25,436 nt of DNA, from the NCBI GenBank assembly GCA_002269645.1, contig NIVC01000314.1, forward strand, positions 1 to 25,436. Direction: 5' to 3'. This stretch comes from Macrostomum lignano (Eukaryota). The notes below the pieces were generated by a model, which was given only the letters and a program-made list of their open reading frames with translations, was not told the DNA's origin and made no database searches. Made by a program: the position numbers and the translations under genes. Numbering within the stretch: the stretch's first letter is position 1; each line of letters starts with the position of its first letter. This document shows positions 9,128 through 19,453 of this stretch, one piece after another.

Positions 9128-10327
9128 TAACCAAAGACGCATTCCGACAGTTAACCAAAGACGCATTCCGACAGTTAACCAAAGACGCATTCCGACAGTT
9201 AACTAAAGACACATTCCGACAGTTAACCAAAGACACATTCCGACAGTTAACCAAAGACACATTCCGACAGTTAACCAAAGACACATTCCGACAGTTAACC
9301 AAAGACACATTCCGACAGTTAACTAAAGACGCATTCCGACAGTTAACCAAAGACACATTCCGACAGTTAACCAAAGACGCATTCCGACAGTTAACCAAAG
9401 ACACATTCCGACAGTTAACCAAAGAAACATTCCGACAGTTAACCAAAGACACATTCCGACAGTTAACCAAAGACGCATTCCGACAGTCAACCAAAGACAC
9501 ATTCCGACAGTTAACTAAAGACGCATTCCGACAGTTAACCAAAGACACATTCCGACAGTTAACCAAAGACGCATTCCGACAGTCAACCAAAGACACATTC
9601 CGACAGTTAACTAAAGACGCATTCCGACAGTTAACCAAAGACACATTCCGACAGTTAACTAAAGACGCATTCCGACAGTTAACCAAAGACACATTCCGAC
9701 AGTTAACCAAAGACACATTCCGACAGTCAACCAAAGACACATTCCGACAGTTAACTAAAGACGCATTCCGACAGTCAACCAAAGACACATTCCGACAGTT
9801 AACTAAAGACGCATTCCGACAGTTAACCAAAGACACATTCCGACAGTTAACCGACAGTTAACCAAAGACACATTCCGACAGTTAACCAAATAAAAATTCC
9901 GACAGTTAACCAAAGACACATTCCGACAGTTAACCAAATAAACATTCCGACAGTTAACCAAAGACACATTCCGACAGTTAACCAAAGACGCATTCCGACA
10001 GTTAACCAAAGACACATTCCGACAGTTAACCAAAGACGCATTCCGACAGTTAACCAAAGACACATTCCGACAGTTAACTAAAGACGAATTCCGACAGTTA
10101 ACCAAAGACGCATTCCGACAGTTAACCAAAGACACATTCCGACAGTTAACTAAAGACGAATTCCGACAGTTAACCAAAGACACATTCCGACAGTTAACCA
10201 AAGACACATTCCGACAGTCAACCAAAGACACATTCCGATAGCTGACCAAAGACGCATTCCGACAGTTAACCAAAGACGCATTCCGATAGCTGACCAAAGA
10301 CACATTCCGACAGTTAACCAAAGACAC
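9128..10327. repeat. 24-bp minisatellite, consensus CATTCCGACAGTTAACCAAAGACA, about 49-50 copies
   Basis: Head-to-tail units with a few recurring variants (gacac/gacgc, aaccaa/aactaa, gttaac/gtcaac) and one 10-nt partial duplication near 9841-9860. Confidence 0.97.
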
Positions 10328-10389
10328 AAGCGCAAAGACTTGAATAGGGAAACAAGAACGAGGCAACAGGGACAAGAGAGGCTCCGGCA

Positions 10390-11151
10390 ATGTCCGAAGC
10401 CACCGAGAAGACCGAGCTCGTCCGTCGCAGCAGGCCGGCGGTTTCAAGCGCTGCTTCGGCTGGAGGCGACGACGACAAAGACGGACCAACAATAAAAGTT
10501 GGCGAAGTGATCGACGCCCTCGGTGTTGGCCGCTTCCAAGCTCTCCTGACGGTGTTTGCCGGCCTGCTTCTACTAGGAGAGTCCATGGGCATCACTCTGA
10601 TCGGAATTGTGGGCCGCACCATCCAGTGCCAGTGGCAACTGCCCAATCTGAGGCTGGCCATCTTCTCGCTGGCCATTTTCATGGGCTTCCTGCTGTTCTG
10701 CCCGCTGTGGGGCTTCCTGGCTGATCAGCATGGCAGGCGGGGCGTCATGATCCTCGGCATGGCCTTCACCGGCTACTACATGCTCATCTCCGCGCTGTCG
10801 CCCAGCTTCGAATGGCTGGTCTTCCTGCGCACTGTGGCCGGAGCCTTCATGGCAACCACGCCGCAGGGCCTGGTGTACATGGTCGAGTGCTGCCCGGCAA
10901 CCGCCAGGGCCTATCTGTTGAACATCGGCTTTGTCGTCTGGAGTGTCGGCCCCGTGCTGGAGCTCGCCGTCGCTCTGGGACTCAACGCTGCCGGCGTCGG
11001 CAACGAAACCTGGCGGATCCTCGTCATTCTGTCTGCCCTGCCCATCATCGGCAGCTGCGGGGCTTACTGGCTGGTCCCGGAGACGCCTCGGTTCTACCTG
11101 GTGCACGGCCAAATGGACAAGTGCAAGGCTTCGCTCAGGCACATCGCCAGG
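10390..11151 (+). CDS. SVOP-like (SV2-related) MFS transporter, exon 1
   Basis: IDALGVGRFQ, LWGFLADQHGRR (MFS motif A), WLVFLR, YMVE, WRIL, PETPRF; donor AGG|GTGTGT at 11151/11152. Confidence 0.9.
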
Positions 11152-11494
11152 GTGTGTTGCTAGGGGATTAATTGTTTTGGAGAAGATTAGTCAAAGGGCC
11201 GCTGCTGTACACCCCGTGTGTGCGTGTGTACGAGTGCTGTGCCTGAGTACAGTATTGACGCGCTTGTCTGTGCTCAGGAGGCAGCGGAATGGGCAGAATT
11301 GCCTCAGCGCTGGCTGTGCGACGGATGTCTCCACGGTGACCAAAACCCTTCTGCTAATTTATTATTGTAACTGTAGATGATTGAAATTAATGTACGTGAA
11401 TTGAATTCTCCTGGGATTCGAATTTTGGGGAAGATTCTGCCCAGAAATCGATTGGCAAAGTTTTACAAGCCAGATAAAACCGAACCGCACCAAG

Positions 11495-11869
11495 GTGAAC
11501 GGTCGCGAGTCTGACTTTGACTGGGACAAATTGCGCATCAGCCAGGAGGCCAAGACGGCGGAGGCGCCCCGCGTCAAGTGGCTGTTCAGCAGGAGGCTTC
11601 GCTCCCTCACGCTGGGCCTGGCTGCCATCAGCTTCCTGACAAACTTCACCTACTACGGCGGCGTTCTGTTCGCCCAGCAGCTCGTCCAGGAGTCCGGCAT
11701 GAGCAACAGCGTCGCCGAGGTGCTGCAGTCCAGCTGCGGCGGCGCCGACTGCCGGCCGCTGTCGCAGCGCGACTACGTCAACCTGCTGGTGACGGCCTTG
11801 TCGGAGGTGCCCGGCACAGTTATCGCTCTGTCCGTCAGCGCCTACCTGGAAAGGCGGCGAATGCTGCAG
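11495..11869 (+). CDS. SVOP-like MFS transporter, exon 2
   Basis: Phase-0 join gives HIAR-VNG. LFSRRLRSLT, FTYYGGVL, C-x4-C..LS..DY.NLL.T.LSEVPG match the SVOP pattern. Acceptor AAG|GTG at 11494 (an in-frame alternative CAG at 11473 would add 7 aa); donor CAG|GTGGTT at 11869/11870. Confidence 0.85.
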
Positions 11870-12015
11870 GTGGTTTGGGACCGGCAGTTGCTAAGGGGTC
11901 ATTGTGGGCACTGTGTCGTGTGTGAATTGCCGCAGTGAAGGGTTCATGGTTAGGATCCAGTTGGAGACACGGTGAATGTCATATTAGGGATCATCAACTT
12001 CATTCATTGTGGAGT

Positions 12016-12076
12016 AGGTCATAGCGAGATCATAGTGGAGCAGGTCATAGCGGGGTCATAGTGAAGCAGGTCATAG
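12016..12076. repeat. Short degenerate repeat (RGGTCATAG core) in MFS intron 2
   Basis: AGGTCATAG or GGGTCATAG at 12016, 12042, 12053 and 12068. Confidence 0.6.
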
Positions 12077-12159
12077 TAGTGGATAGTAGGATCATGTTGG
12101 GGCATGGCGGCAGTCAGCAGGCTCATGGTGGATAAAGTTGCCACAATCCTTCCGCGCAG

Positions 12160-12525
12160 GTGACCGCAGGCCTGGCTGGTGGCTTCACCCTGCTACTCAT
12201 GCTGAGCAGCCTGGCACCCCGCAGCGCCCCCCTGCTGGTCAGCCTGCTGTTCTTCGCCCGCGGCTCCGCCGTGGTGACCATCAACATCAGCAACATCTAC
12301 GCGCCGGAGGCGTTCCCCACAAGGGTGAGAGCGCTGGGCGTCGGGCTGATCCAGCTCACCGGCAAGTGCGGCTGCATCCTGACGCCCCTGATCGCCCAGG
12401 TGGTCATGCCGGCGTCCCGGATTGCTGGCCTCGTGGTCTACGCGGGCGCCTTCGTCGTCGTGGTACTGCTGGCGGCCTTCTGCCTGTCCCGAGAGACCAA
12501 GGACGCCGATCTAGAGGACCACTGA
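12160..12525 (+). CDS. SVOP-like MFS transporter, exon 3 (spliced CDS 1503 nt, 500 aa)
   Basis: Acceptor TCCTTCCGCGCAG|GTG; YAPEAFPTRVRALGVG, GCILTPLIAQV, LSRETK; stop TGA at 12523-12525. Confidence 0.9.
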   Translation: MTAGLAGGFTLLLMLSSLAPRSAPLLVSLLFFARGSAVVTINISNIYAPEAFPTRVRALGVGLIQLTGKCGCILTPLIAQVVMPASRIAGLVVYAGAFVVVVLLAAFCLSRETKDADLEDH

Positions 12526-12599
12526 TCCGAGCGCTGAGCCGTCCGACTCTGTTGTGAAGCGTCTTTAAGGCCATTCTGATCCTGTAATTACTCCTGCAT

Positions 12600-12917
12600 C
12601 CTGACCCATGCTGACCCATGCTGACCCATCCTGACCCATCCTGATCCATCCTGACCCAACTTGACCCATCCTGACCCAACTTGACCCATCCTGACCCACC
12701 CTGACCCATCCTGACTCATCCTGACCCATGCTGACCCATCCTAACCATGCTGACCTATCCTAACCATCCTAGCCATCCTGACCCATCCTGACTCATCCTG
12801 ACCCATCCTGACCCATCCTAATCCATCCTGACCCAACTTGACCCATCCTGACCCACCCTGACCCATCCTGACTCATCCTGACCCATCCTGACCCATCCTG
12901 AACCATCCTGACCCCTT
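12600..12917. repeat. 10-bp tandem repeat (CCTGACCCAT)n, about 32 copies
   Basis: Begins about 75 nt after the MFS stop codon; variants include ctgactcatc, ttgacccatc, ctaaccat. Confidence 0.95.
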
Positions 12918-13542
12918 CCCTAGCATCCGATGACCTCATTCTTGATTTGAAATTCGACTCCCATCCCAGACCATCCACCATGTCGACGTTCATCACCTAA
13001 CAAGCAACTGCGTTCGCATTTCGCTTTTAAATGAATTACGTAGTTACCAGTCTTGTCGTTTTACCTGATAACCAATTAGCAATCCAATTCAAATTTATTA
13101 GTATATTATTATTATTGAGATATTATTCAGAAAATACAATTGTCTTAACCTGAAAAAATTTTAATTTCCAAACTAGTGAAACTTAACTGACTACTGCTCA
13201 AATTACGAGTAGTATCTTGTGGATACTTGTAGTAACCGATTCCGATATTAAAAATGGCAGCAAACACCTTAAGGTCGAGCGCGCACCATCTAAAAAAGTC
13301 GCTGGTCTCAAGTAGCATTCTAGGAAAAAAAGCCCGCAGTTTGATAAGAGCCTCGGACAAAACAAAGCCTCGGACTCCGTTTGAGATTTAGAAGTACAGA
13401 AGGCGAGATATACTCGAATTAGTGCTCAAAAACTGAAGACATTCAATCTCACCAATGCAGTTTGAATTGCTGCAAAAGTGGCATCCTTCCGCTTCGTTAA
13501 CATGCGATTGCCAAATAAGCATAAGCATAGAGTCATGACAAG

Positions 13543-13662
13543 TCAATCAATCAATCAACCAACAAACTGATCAATTAACGAATCAATCAATCAATCAATC
13601 AACCAATCAATCAATCAACCAATCAATCAACCAATCAACCAATCAACCAATCAATCAATCAA

Positions 13663-13698
<36 letters not shown>

Positions 13699-13702
13699 CC
13701 AA

Positions 13703-13754
<52 letters not shown>

Positions 13755-13766
13755 CCAATCAATCAA

Positions 13767-13830
<64 letters not shown>

Positions 13831-13944
13831 CATACCAATCAATCAATCAATTAATCAATCAACATACCAATGAATCAATCAATCAATCAATTAATCAATC
13901 AATTAATCAATCAATCAATCAATTAATCAAACAATCAATCAATT

Positions 13945-13983
<39 letters not shown>

Positions 13984-14056
13984 TAATTAATCAACATACC
14001 AATCAATCAATCAATCTTAATCAATCAATCAATCAATTAATCAAACAATCAATCAA
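13543..14056. repeat. (AATC)n tetranucleotide microsatellite with AACC/AATT interruptions, about 510 bp
   Basis: Visible directly in the sequence. Confidence 0.97.
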
Positions 14057-14855
14057 CAAAGCATCTAAAAACTTCAGACTAATTGGCTAATTGATAATTT
14101 TGTCTTAAAAACGAAAATTTCCTATCTCAGTTTGATTTCAAAGAAAAGTTACATGCAGCGATAGGTAAACTTTGTTGCACAAGAGATTTTGTAATTCAGC
14201 ATTAAGTTTAGTCACTGAATTCAGAATACAAGCAGTGTTGAATTTGCTATCAGATAAATTTGTTTATTACAATCATCGTACGAAAATGTTCAAGCCAGAA
14301 TTAACACGTGTCTTGGAAAGTATTGCTGAGAAACTAACAGGCTCTCATATCTAACAGATTTTAAAACTTAAATTTCCAAGAAATTACACGTCAGCTGAAG
14401 GCTGCACTTTGAATTCTGCAGAAAAATTGTTTATTCATTGAATGACCGCGAGAGATAACGAGGCAAAAGTGTTTAAGCGTGTAATAACATCAACAGTTCA
14501 AACCGACAGTCTCTTATCAAGCTGTTCTAGCAATGCCTATAGAGGGCGTAGAATCGGGCATGTAGCGAGAGGAAGCCGTAACTTAACACCTTAATAAACA
14601 GATACTCCTAGATTACAAACAAAGTGTTGAGCTAGTGTAGGCTCGAACAAATAAGATTTTTTAAGTGCCATTACGAGAGAAATGGGTTCCAGTCAGCATA
14701 AGTAACCAAATTATAAATAGTGTTGTACATGCGCAGCGTATTGATTGATTGATGTCCTTCTCTCAATGACTCAAGTCAGTCAGGCCAACGGGTCCTCGAG
14801 ATGTACGGACTCGTCAGCGGCAGTCGTGGATCGCCGGAACGCGAACGGCGACTCC

Positions 14856-16491
14856 TCACTTGAAACAGTTGCTGATGCGCTCTTCGTCGTCGTCGTCTTC
14901 GTCGCCTGGAACCAGACTGCGTCGCTGCTCGCCGTCGCCAAACTGCTGCTGCTGGCGTCGGATAGAGCACCGACGCGCTAGCAGGACTGAGCCAGCCATC
15001 AGTGCGGCCAGGAGCAGCACTCCAGCAGAGATGGCCACGGGCAGAACCCAGGCAGCAAGCTTGGCTTTGCCCGGAATGGCCGGATTCTCTGTGGGACTCT
15101 GAGTAGTAGCAGTACTAGTAGTGGTAGCAGTAGTAGTAGTAGTAGAGTTACAATCGGCAGGCTTGCAGTCGGTCAGTTTGATCGACTTCCCGCTGGCCTG
15201 GTCGCGACACGTCACCTGGTCGAGCTTGTAGAATTTCTTGCGAATGGCATCGGACCCGAGCTGCTTGCTGAGCCACAGCAGGCTGCAGTTGCACACCAGC
15301 GGGTTGCCAGCAAGCCGGAGGCCGCCGTCAGCCAAGCTGGCCAGACCGGGCAGCGGATTCTCGCTGTCGCCGTCCAGCCCGCCGATGGTCGTCACGCCAG
15401 CGTTGGACAAGTCGAGTCGGCGAAGGGTCGGCTGGCCGAACGTGTCCGAGGTCCACTTGGACAGGCGGGTCCCAGACAGATTGATGTCCGTCAGCTTTCT
15501 CAGGTTGGACAGCTGAGCATCCAGTGACGTCAGCGGGCACTGGTTGAGGAACAGGTAAGTCAGGCTGGTGCCGCCCTCCAGGGCGTTCGGCTGGATGCTC
15601 GACAGCTTCTGGCTGCCGTCCAGGTGCAGGATGTCCAGACTGGGGAAGTTGCCGCTCGGCAGGAAGCCGTCGGGCAGCTCAGTCCAGCCAGTGGATTTCA
15701 GGGTCAGGCCGAGGAACTGATTGCTGAAGCGGGCAGCGCTGAAGGCAGCCGCCACCTGCTCGACGGGCAGGTCCGGGTTCTGGCTGAGATCCAGGCTGGT
15801 GAGGTGATCAGCCAGGGGCAGCAGGGCCGTGGGGTCCAGGGCAGTCATCTTGACGCTGTTGAGCTTCACGGATTTGAGAGAACCAGCAGCACCGAGGGCT
15901 GCCAGGGTGGCGTTGCTGAGCTGGGGGAAGGTGTTCTTGGTGAGGACCAGAGACTCCAGCTTTCTGCACTTGGCATACGAATCCGGCGCTGCCGACCCAG
16001 TGAGGAGGTTCTCATCGATGCCCAGGTGAGTGAGGCTGGATCCGACATCATCGCACAGATCGGGCCAGTCGCTGAGTTGATTTCTGGTCAGGTAGAGCCG
16101 GCTGAGACTGCTCAAGCCGGTGAGGTTGCCAGGTCCGATTTTCTCCAGCTTGTTGTCAACCATGCTCAGCTCCTCCAGTTTGGACAGATTCTTCAACTCA
16201 TCGTTAATTTTCGAGATGCTGTTCCCATTGAGAATGAGCACCTGAGTGTCCACCGGGATGCCGTCCGGGATGCTGGACAGGCCATGGCAGGTCACCTGTT
16301 CTTCTTGACGCCGTGCCTTCGCATCCAACGGTGCAGTTGCACTTCTCTGGACAGTCCTTTTCAGCGCCTGTGGCGGCGGCCCGGTCGGCCGGTTGTGGCT
16401 GGCGGACCATCAGGAAGATCAGTGGAACGCAGATCAGAAGACCAACGATCGACAGCTTCATCAGCGGTCTGCGTGACTTTGAGCTGGCCAT
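14856..16491 (-). CDS. Single-pass leucine-rich-repeat membrane protein (signal, LRRNT, about 13 LRRs, LRRCT, Thr stalk, TM, short acidic tail); frame break at about 16290-16320
   Basis: ATG at 16491; hydrophobic LSIVGLLICVPLIFLMV and CPEKCNC in one frame; VTCHGLSSIPDGIP, LxxLxLxxN repeats, GNPLVCNCSLLWL, poly-Thr, TM WVLPVAISAGVLLLAALMAGSVLLA and tail ending DEDDDDEERISNCFK in the other frame. Confidence 0.88.
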
Positions 16492-16508
16492 GATGATCGG
16501 GTTTTGAT

Positions 16509-16540
16509 CTGGGGAAGCGAGTGTGAAAGACGAAGAGTGA
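16509..16540 (-). promoter_or_regulatory. Polypyrimidine tract + CAG splice acceptor 17 nt upstream of the LRR start codon
   Basis: Minus strand TCACTCTTCGTCTTTCACACTCGCTTCCCCAG|ATCAAAACCCGATCATC-ATG. Confidence 0.5.
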
Positions 16541-17020
16541 ATTGACTCGAATTCTATTAAAGCTTTATTAGATTTGGATTAGATTCTTGTTGCTTAAAGC
16601 CAGCCAGTTAAAGAGGGGTTAATAAGCTTTTCGTGAATAAGAGCCAGGCCATTTCTTGGAAATTCCGACCCTGAAGTCCTGTGCTATTTTTAGCTCAGAG
16701 TACACTGGTGACTGTGGCCAGCTGCCGAGGGGGATTGGCTGGCCCAACGACACAAAAGCAGTCCTCTACATATTGGCATGGCATCATGACTAAAAATAGT
16801 CTGGTTAACGGAAGAAATTTTCGGTTTCACTTCAAGAATTGCAGGAACTGAGAAATTATTCGTGAATAATGCCCACAAGAGTTAGTATTTTAGAGGTCAG
16901 CACACGAACAAAGCACTTGTGCAATGCGACATCAGTGAGCTCAGTTTTTGGTCAGGGCAATGTTGATAGCACAAATAGAGAATTAATAATCCATACTCGT
17001 ATCAGTTATCAATATCATTG

Positions 17021-17407
17021 GACAGTTCTCATCAGTTCTCATCAATTCTCATGAGTTTGTATTAGTTCTCATTAGTTCTAATCAGTTCTCATGAGTTTGT
17101 ATTAGTTCTCATTAGTTCTAATCAGTTCTCATCAGTTCTCATCAGTTCTCATCAGTTCTCATCAGTTCTCATCAGTTCTCATCAGTTCTCATCAGTTCTC
17201 ATCAGTTCTCATCAGTTCTCATCAGTTCTCATCAGTTCTCATCAGTTCTCATCAGTTCTCATCAGTTCTCATCAGTTCTCATCAGTTCTCATCAGTTCTC
17301 ATCAGTTCTCATCAGTTTTCATCAGTTCTCATCAGTTTTCATCAGTTCTCATCACTTCTCATCAGTTCTCATAAATTCTAATCAGTTCTCAACAGTTCTC
17401 AACAGTT
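17021..17407. repeat. 10-bp tandem repeat (ATCAGTTCTC)n, about 38 copies
   Basis: Homogeneous core at about 17121-17310 with degenerate edges. Confidence 0.96.
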
Positions 17408-17920
17408 ACAGCAACAAGGACACTCTGATGTCAATTTTCATTTTAAACGGTAGCTTTTTTGAAGCAGACTTTGCGCCAAAGGAAACGTTCCAACACTCCT
17501 ACTTACTGCCTACCTAATAGTAGCCAGTGTGGTACTTTTAGGCAAGCAAATTTTTTTGCGGGCATCGGCAGAATTGAAAGCGGAATTGAATTTCACTGAT
17601 ATATAGGAAGAAATGTTCTCTCTGTGCAATCACGCCAATACGCCAAAAAATCATTTCAATTTTCAGCTATCGGGGTCAGCGCTTATTCATAAGCTGTGCT
17701 GTGGAACTGAGAGGCACAGATCTGTCCTAGATTTTAATCCGGTTCACACATTAGATGCCGATTTGCTTCTGAAGGATTTGCTTCTAATTCTTAAGGTTTT
17801 GCTTCAAGACAGCTTGACCTGGTACTAGTCTTAGATTCACGCTCAATTCACGCTCCACTCACTCTCTATTCACACTTCTTCACACTTCTTTCACACACAA
17901 TTCACACTCGATTCATGCTC

Positions 17921-18758
17921 CATTGGGGTCATGATAGTCACATTGAAGTCAGGAGAGTCACATTGAGGTCAGGAGAGTCACATTGGGGTCAGGAGAGTCA
18001 AACTGGGGGTCAGGAGATTCACATTGAAGTCAGGAGAGTCACATCGGGGTCAAGAGAGTCACATTGGGGTCAGGAGAGTCACATTGGGGTCAGGAGAGTC
18101 ACATTGGGGTCAGGAGAGTCACATTGGTGTCAGGAGAGTCACATCGAGGTCAGGAGAGTCACATCGGGGTCAAGAGAGTCACATTGGGGTCAGGAGAGTC
18201 ACATTGGGGTCAGGAGAGTCACATTGGTGTCAGGAGAGTCACATTGGGGTCAGGGGAGTCACATCGGGGTCAGGGGAGTCACATCGAGGTCAGGAGAGTC
18301 ACATTGGAGTTAGGATATTCACATTGGGGTCAGGGGAGTCACATTGGGTCAGGAGAGTCACATTGGGGTCAGGGGAGTCACATTGGGTCAGGAGAGTCAC
18401 ATCAAGGTCAGGAGAGTCACTCCGGGGTCAGGGGAGTCACATCAAGGTCAGGAGAGTCACTCCGGGGTCAGGAGAGTCACATCAAGGTCAGGAGAGTCAC
18501 TCCGGGGTCAGGGGAGTCACATTGGGTCAGGAGAGTCACATCAAGGCCAGGAGAGTCACATTGGGGTCAGGGGAGTCATACTGGGTCAGGGGAGTCACAC
18601 TGGGTCAGGGTAATCACACTGGGTCAGGGGAGTCACATTGGGTCAGGAGAGTCACATCGGGGTCAGGGGAGTCGCATTGGGATCAGGGGAGTCACTCCGG
18701 GGTCAGGGGAGTCACACTGGGTCAGGGGAGTCACATTGGGGTCAGGGGAGTCACATTG
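17921..18758. repeat. 19-20-bp minisatellite, consensus GGGGTCAGGAGAGTCACATT, about 43 copies
   Basis: Head-to-tail units; 19-bp variants become common in the right half. Confidence 0.96.
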
Positions 18759-19049
18759 AACCCAGAGAGGTTAAATTTGGGGGTCCAACTTGTGTTCACG
18801 GGATGGCACAGGTATCGCAGAGTGGATCAACAATAAATTTGGCAACTAGCATTCTAAAGCTTCCAGTCCGGAATGCTACAACCAAGGACTTCGTATAGAT
18901 GTCCATGCCAGGGTTGGCCAATAAGCGATCGTCACTCAAATAACTTAAATAAGCAAGCAATATTGCCGCAGAAGGCAGCCTGTCTTGCAGTCCTGCAGCT
19001 TGTCAAGCAAACTTCTCTGCAATCTCGCCTACAAACGGAATCCCCCAGC

Positions 19050-19429
19050 ATGCAGGAGGAGTTCAACTGCCTGACCGTCAACGCCACCGAGTACACCGAC
19101 CTGCTGCACATTGAATCGCTTCGACTGTCGCTGGCGGCCATCTGGGTGGCCGTGGGGCTGGCCATGTTTGTCGGCAACCTGCTGGTCATTGGGTCCATCG
19201 CTGCCTACAGGGCGATGCGGACCGTGACCAACTGCTACATTCTGAACCTGGCCATCACGGATCTGCTCGTGTCCGTCATTGTCCTGCCGCTGAAGGGAGT
19301 CCAACTGCTGGGACCCTGCTGGCTGTCCGCCAAGATCTTCAACTCGCTTGGCTGCGCTGTGGTCACCTTCTTCCTGATGCTGCTGGTGTTCACCAGCCTG
19401 CTCACTCTGGTGGTCATCTCGCTGGAGCG
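19050..19429 (+). CDS. Class A (rhodopsin-like, peptide-receptor-type) GPCR, first coding exon (N-terminus to TM3); the remainder must lie beyond the window
   Basis: MQEEFNCLTVNAT (N-glycosylation sequon), TM1 GNLLVI, MRTVTNCYILNLAITDLL (TM2), TM3 ending ISLER; donor GAGCG|GTGAGG splits the Arg codon of the E/DRY motif. Confidence 0.88.
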
Positions 19430-19453
19430 GTGAGGGAAATCTGCCCCCCCCTA

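Noticed and set aside
9096-10492. Long minus-strand ORFs encoding (SLVNCRNV)n, superficially like a Cys-rich beta-helix or antifreeze protein
   Set aside because: They arise from a 24-bp unit that is a multiple of 3. Recurring variants hit codon positions 1, 2 and 3 alike (N/D, V/A, L/L), a 10-nt duplication breaks the frame, and there is no signal peptide or unique domain.
12404-12996. Minus-strand ORFs with GQDGSGWVRM repeats
   Set aside because: Translation of the 10-bp CCTGACCCAT array.
351-16493. Numerous antisense or alternative-frame ORFs overlapping real genes (e.g. 351..845, 4973..5371, 10573..11142, 15624..16493)
   Set aside because: Expected shadows of GC-rich coding sequence, with no recognisable motifs.
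17021-17407. Repeated CUGAUGAG (hammerhead core) on the minus strand
   Set aside because: Only a by-product of the GAGAACTGAT unit; no GAAA-UH partner strand or flanking stems.
17915-18898. Gly/Ser/His-rich ORFs (GSGESHWGQESH...) in all three plus frames
   Set aside because: Translation of a nearly stop-free 19-20-bp repeat; 19-bp units shift frames freely, so there is no frame conservation.
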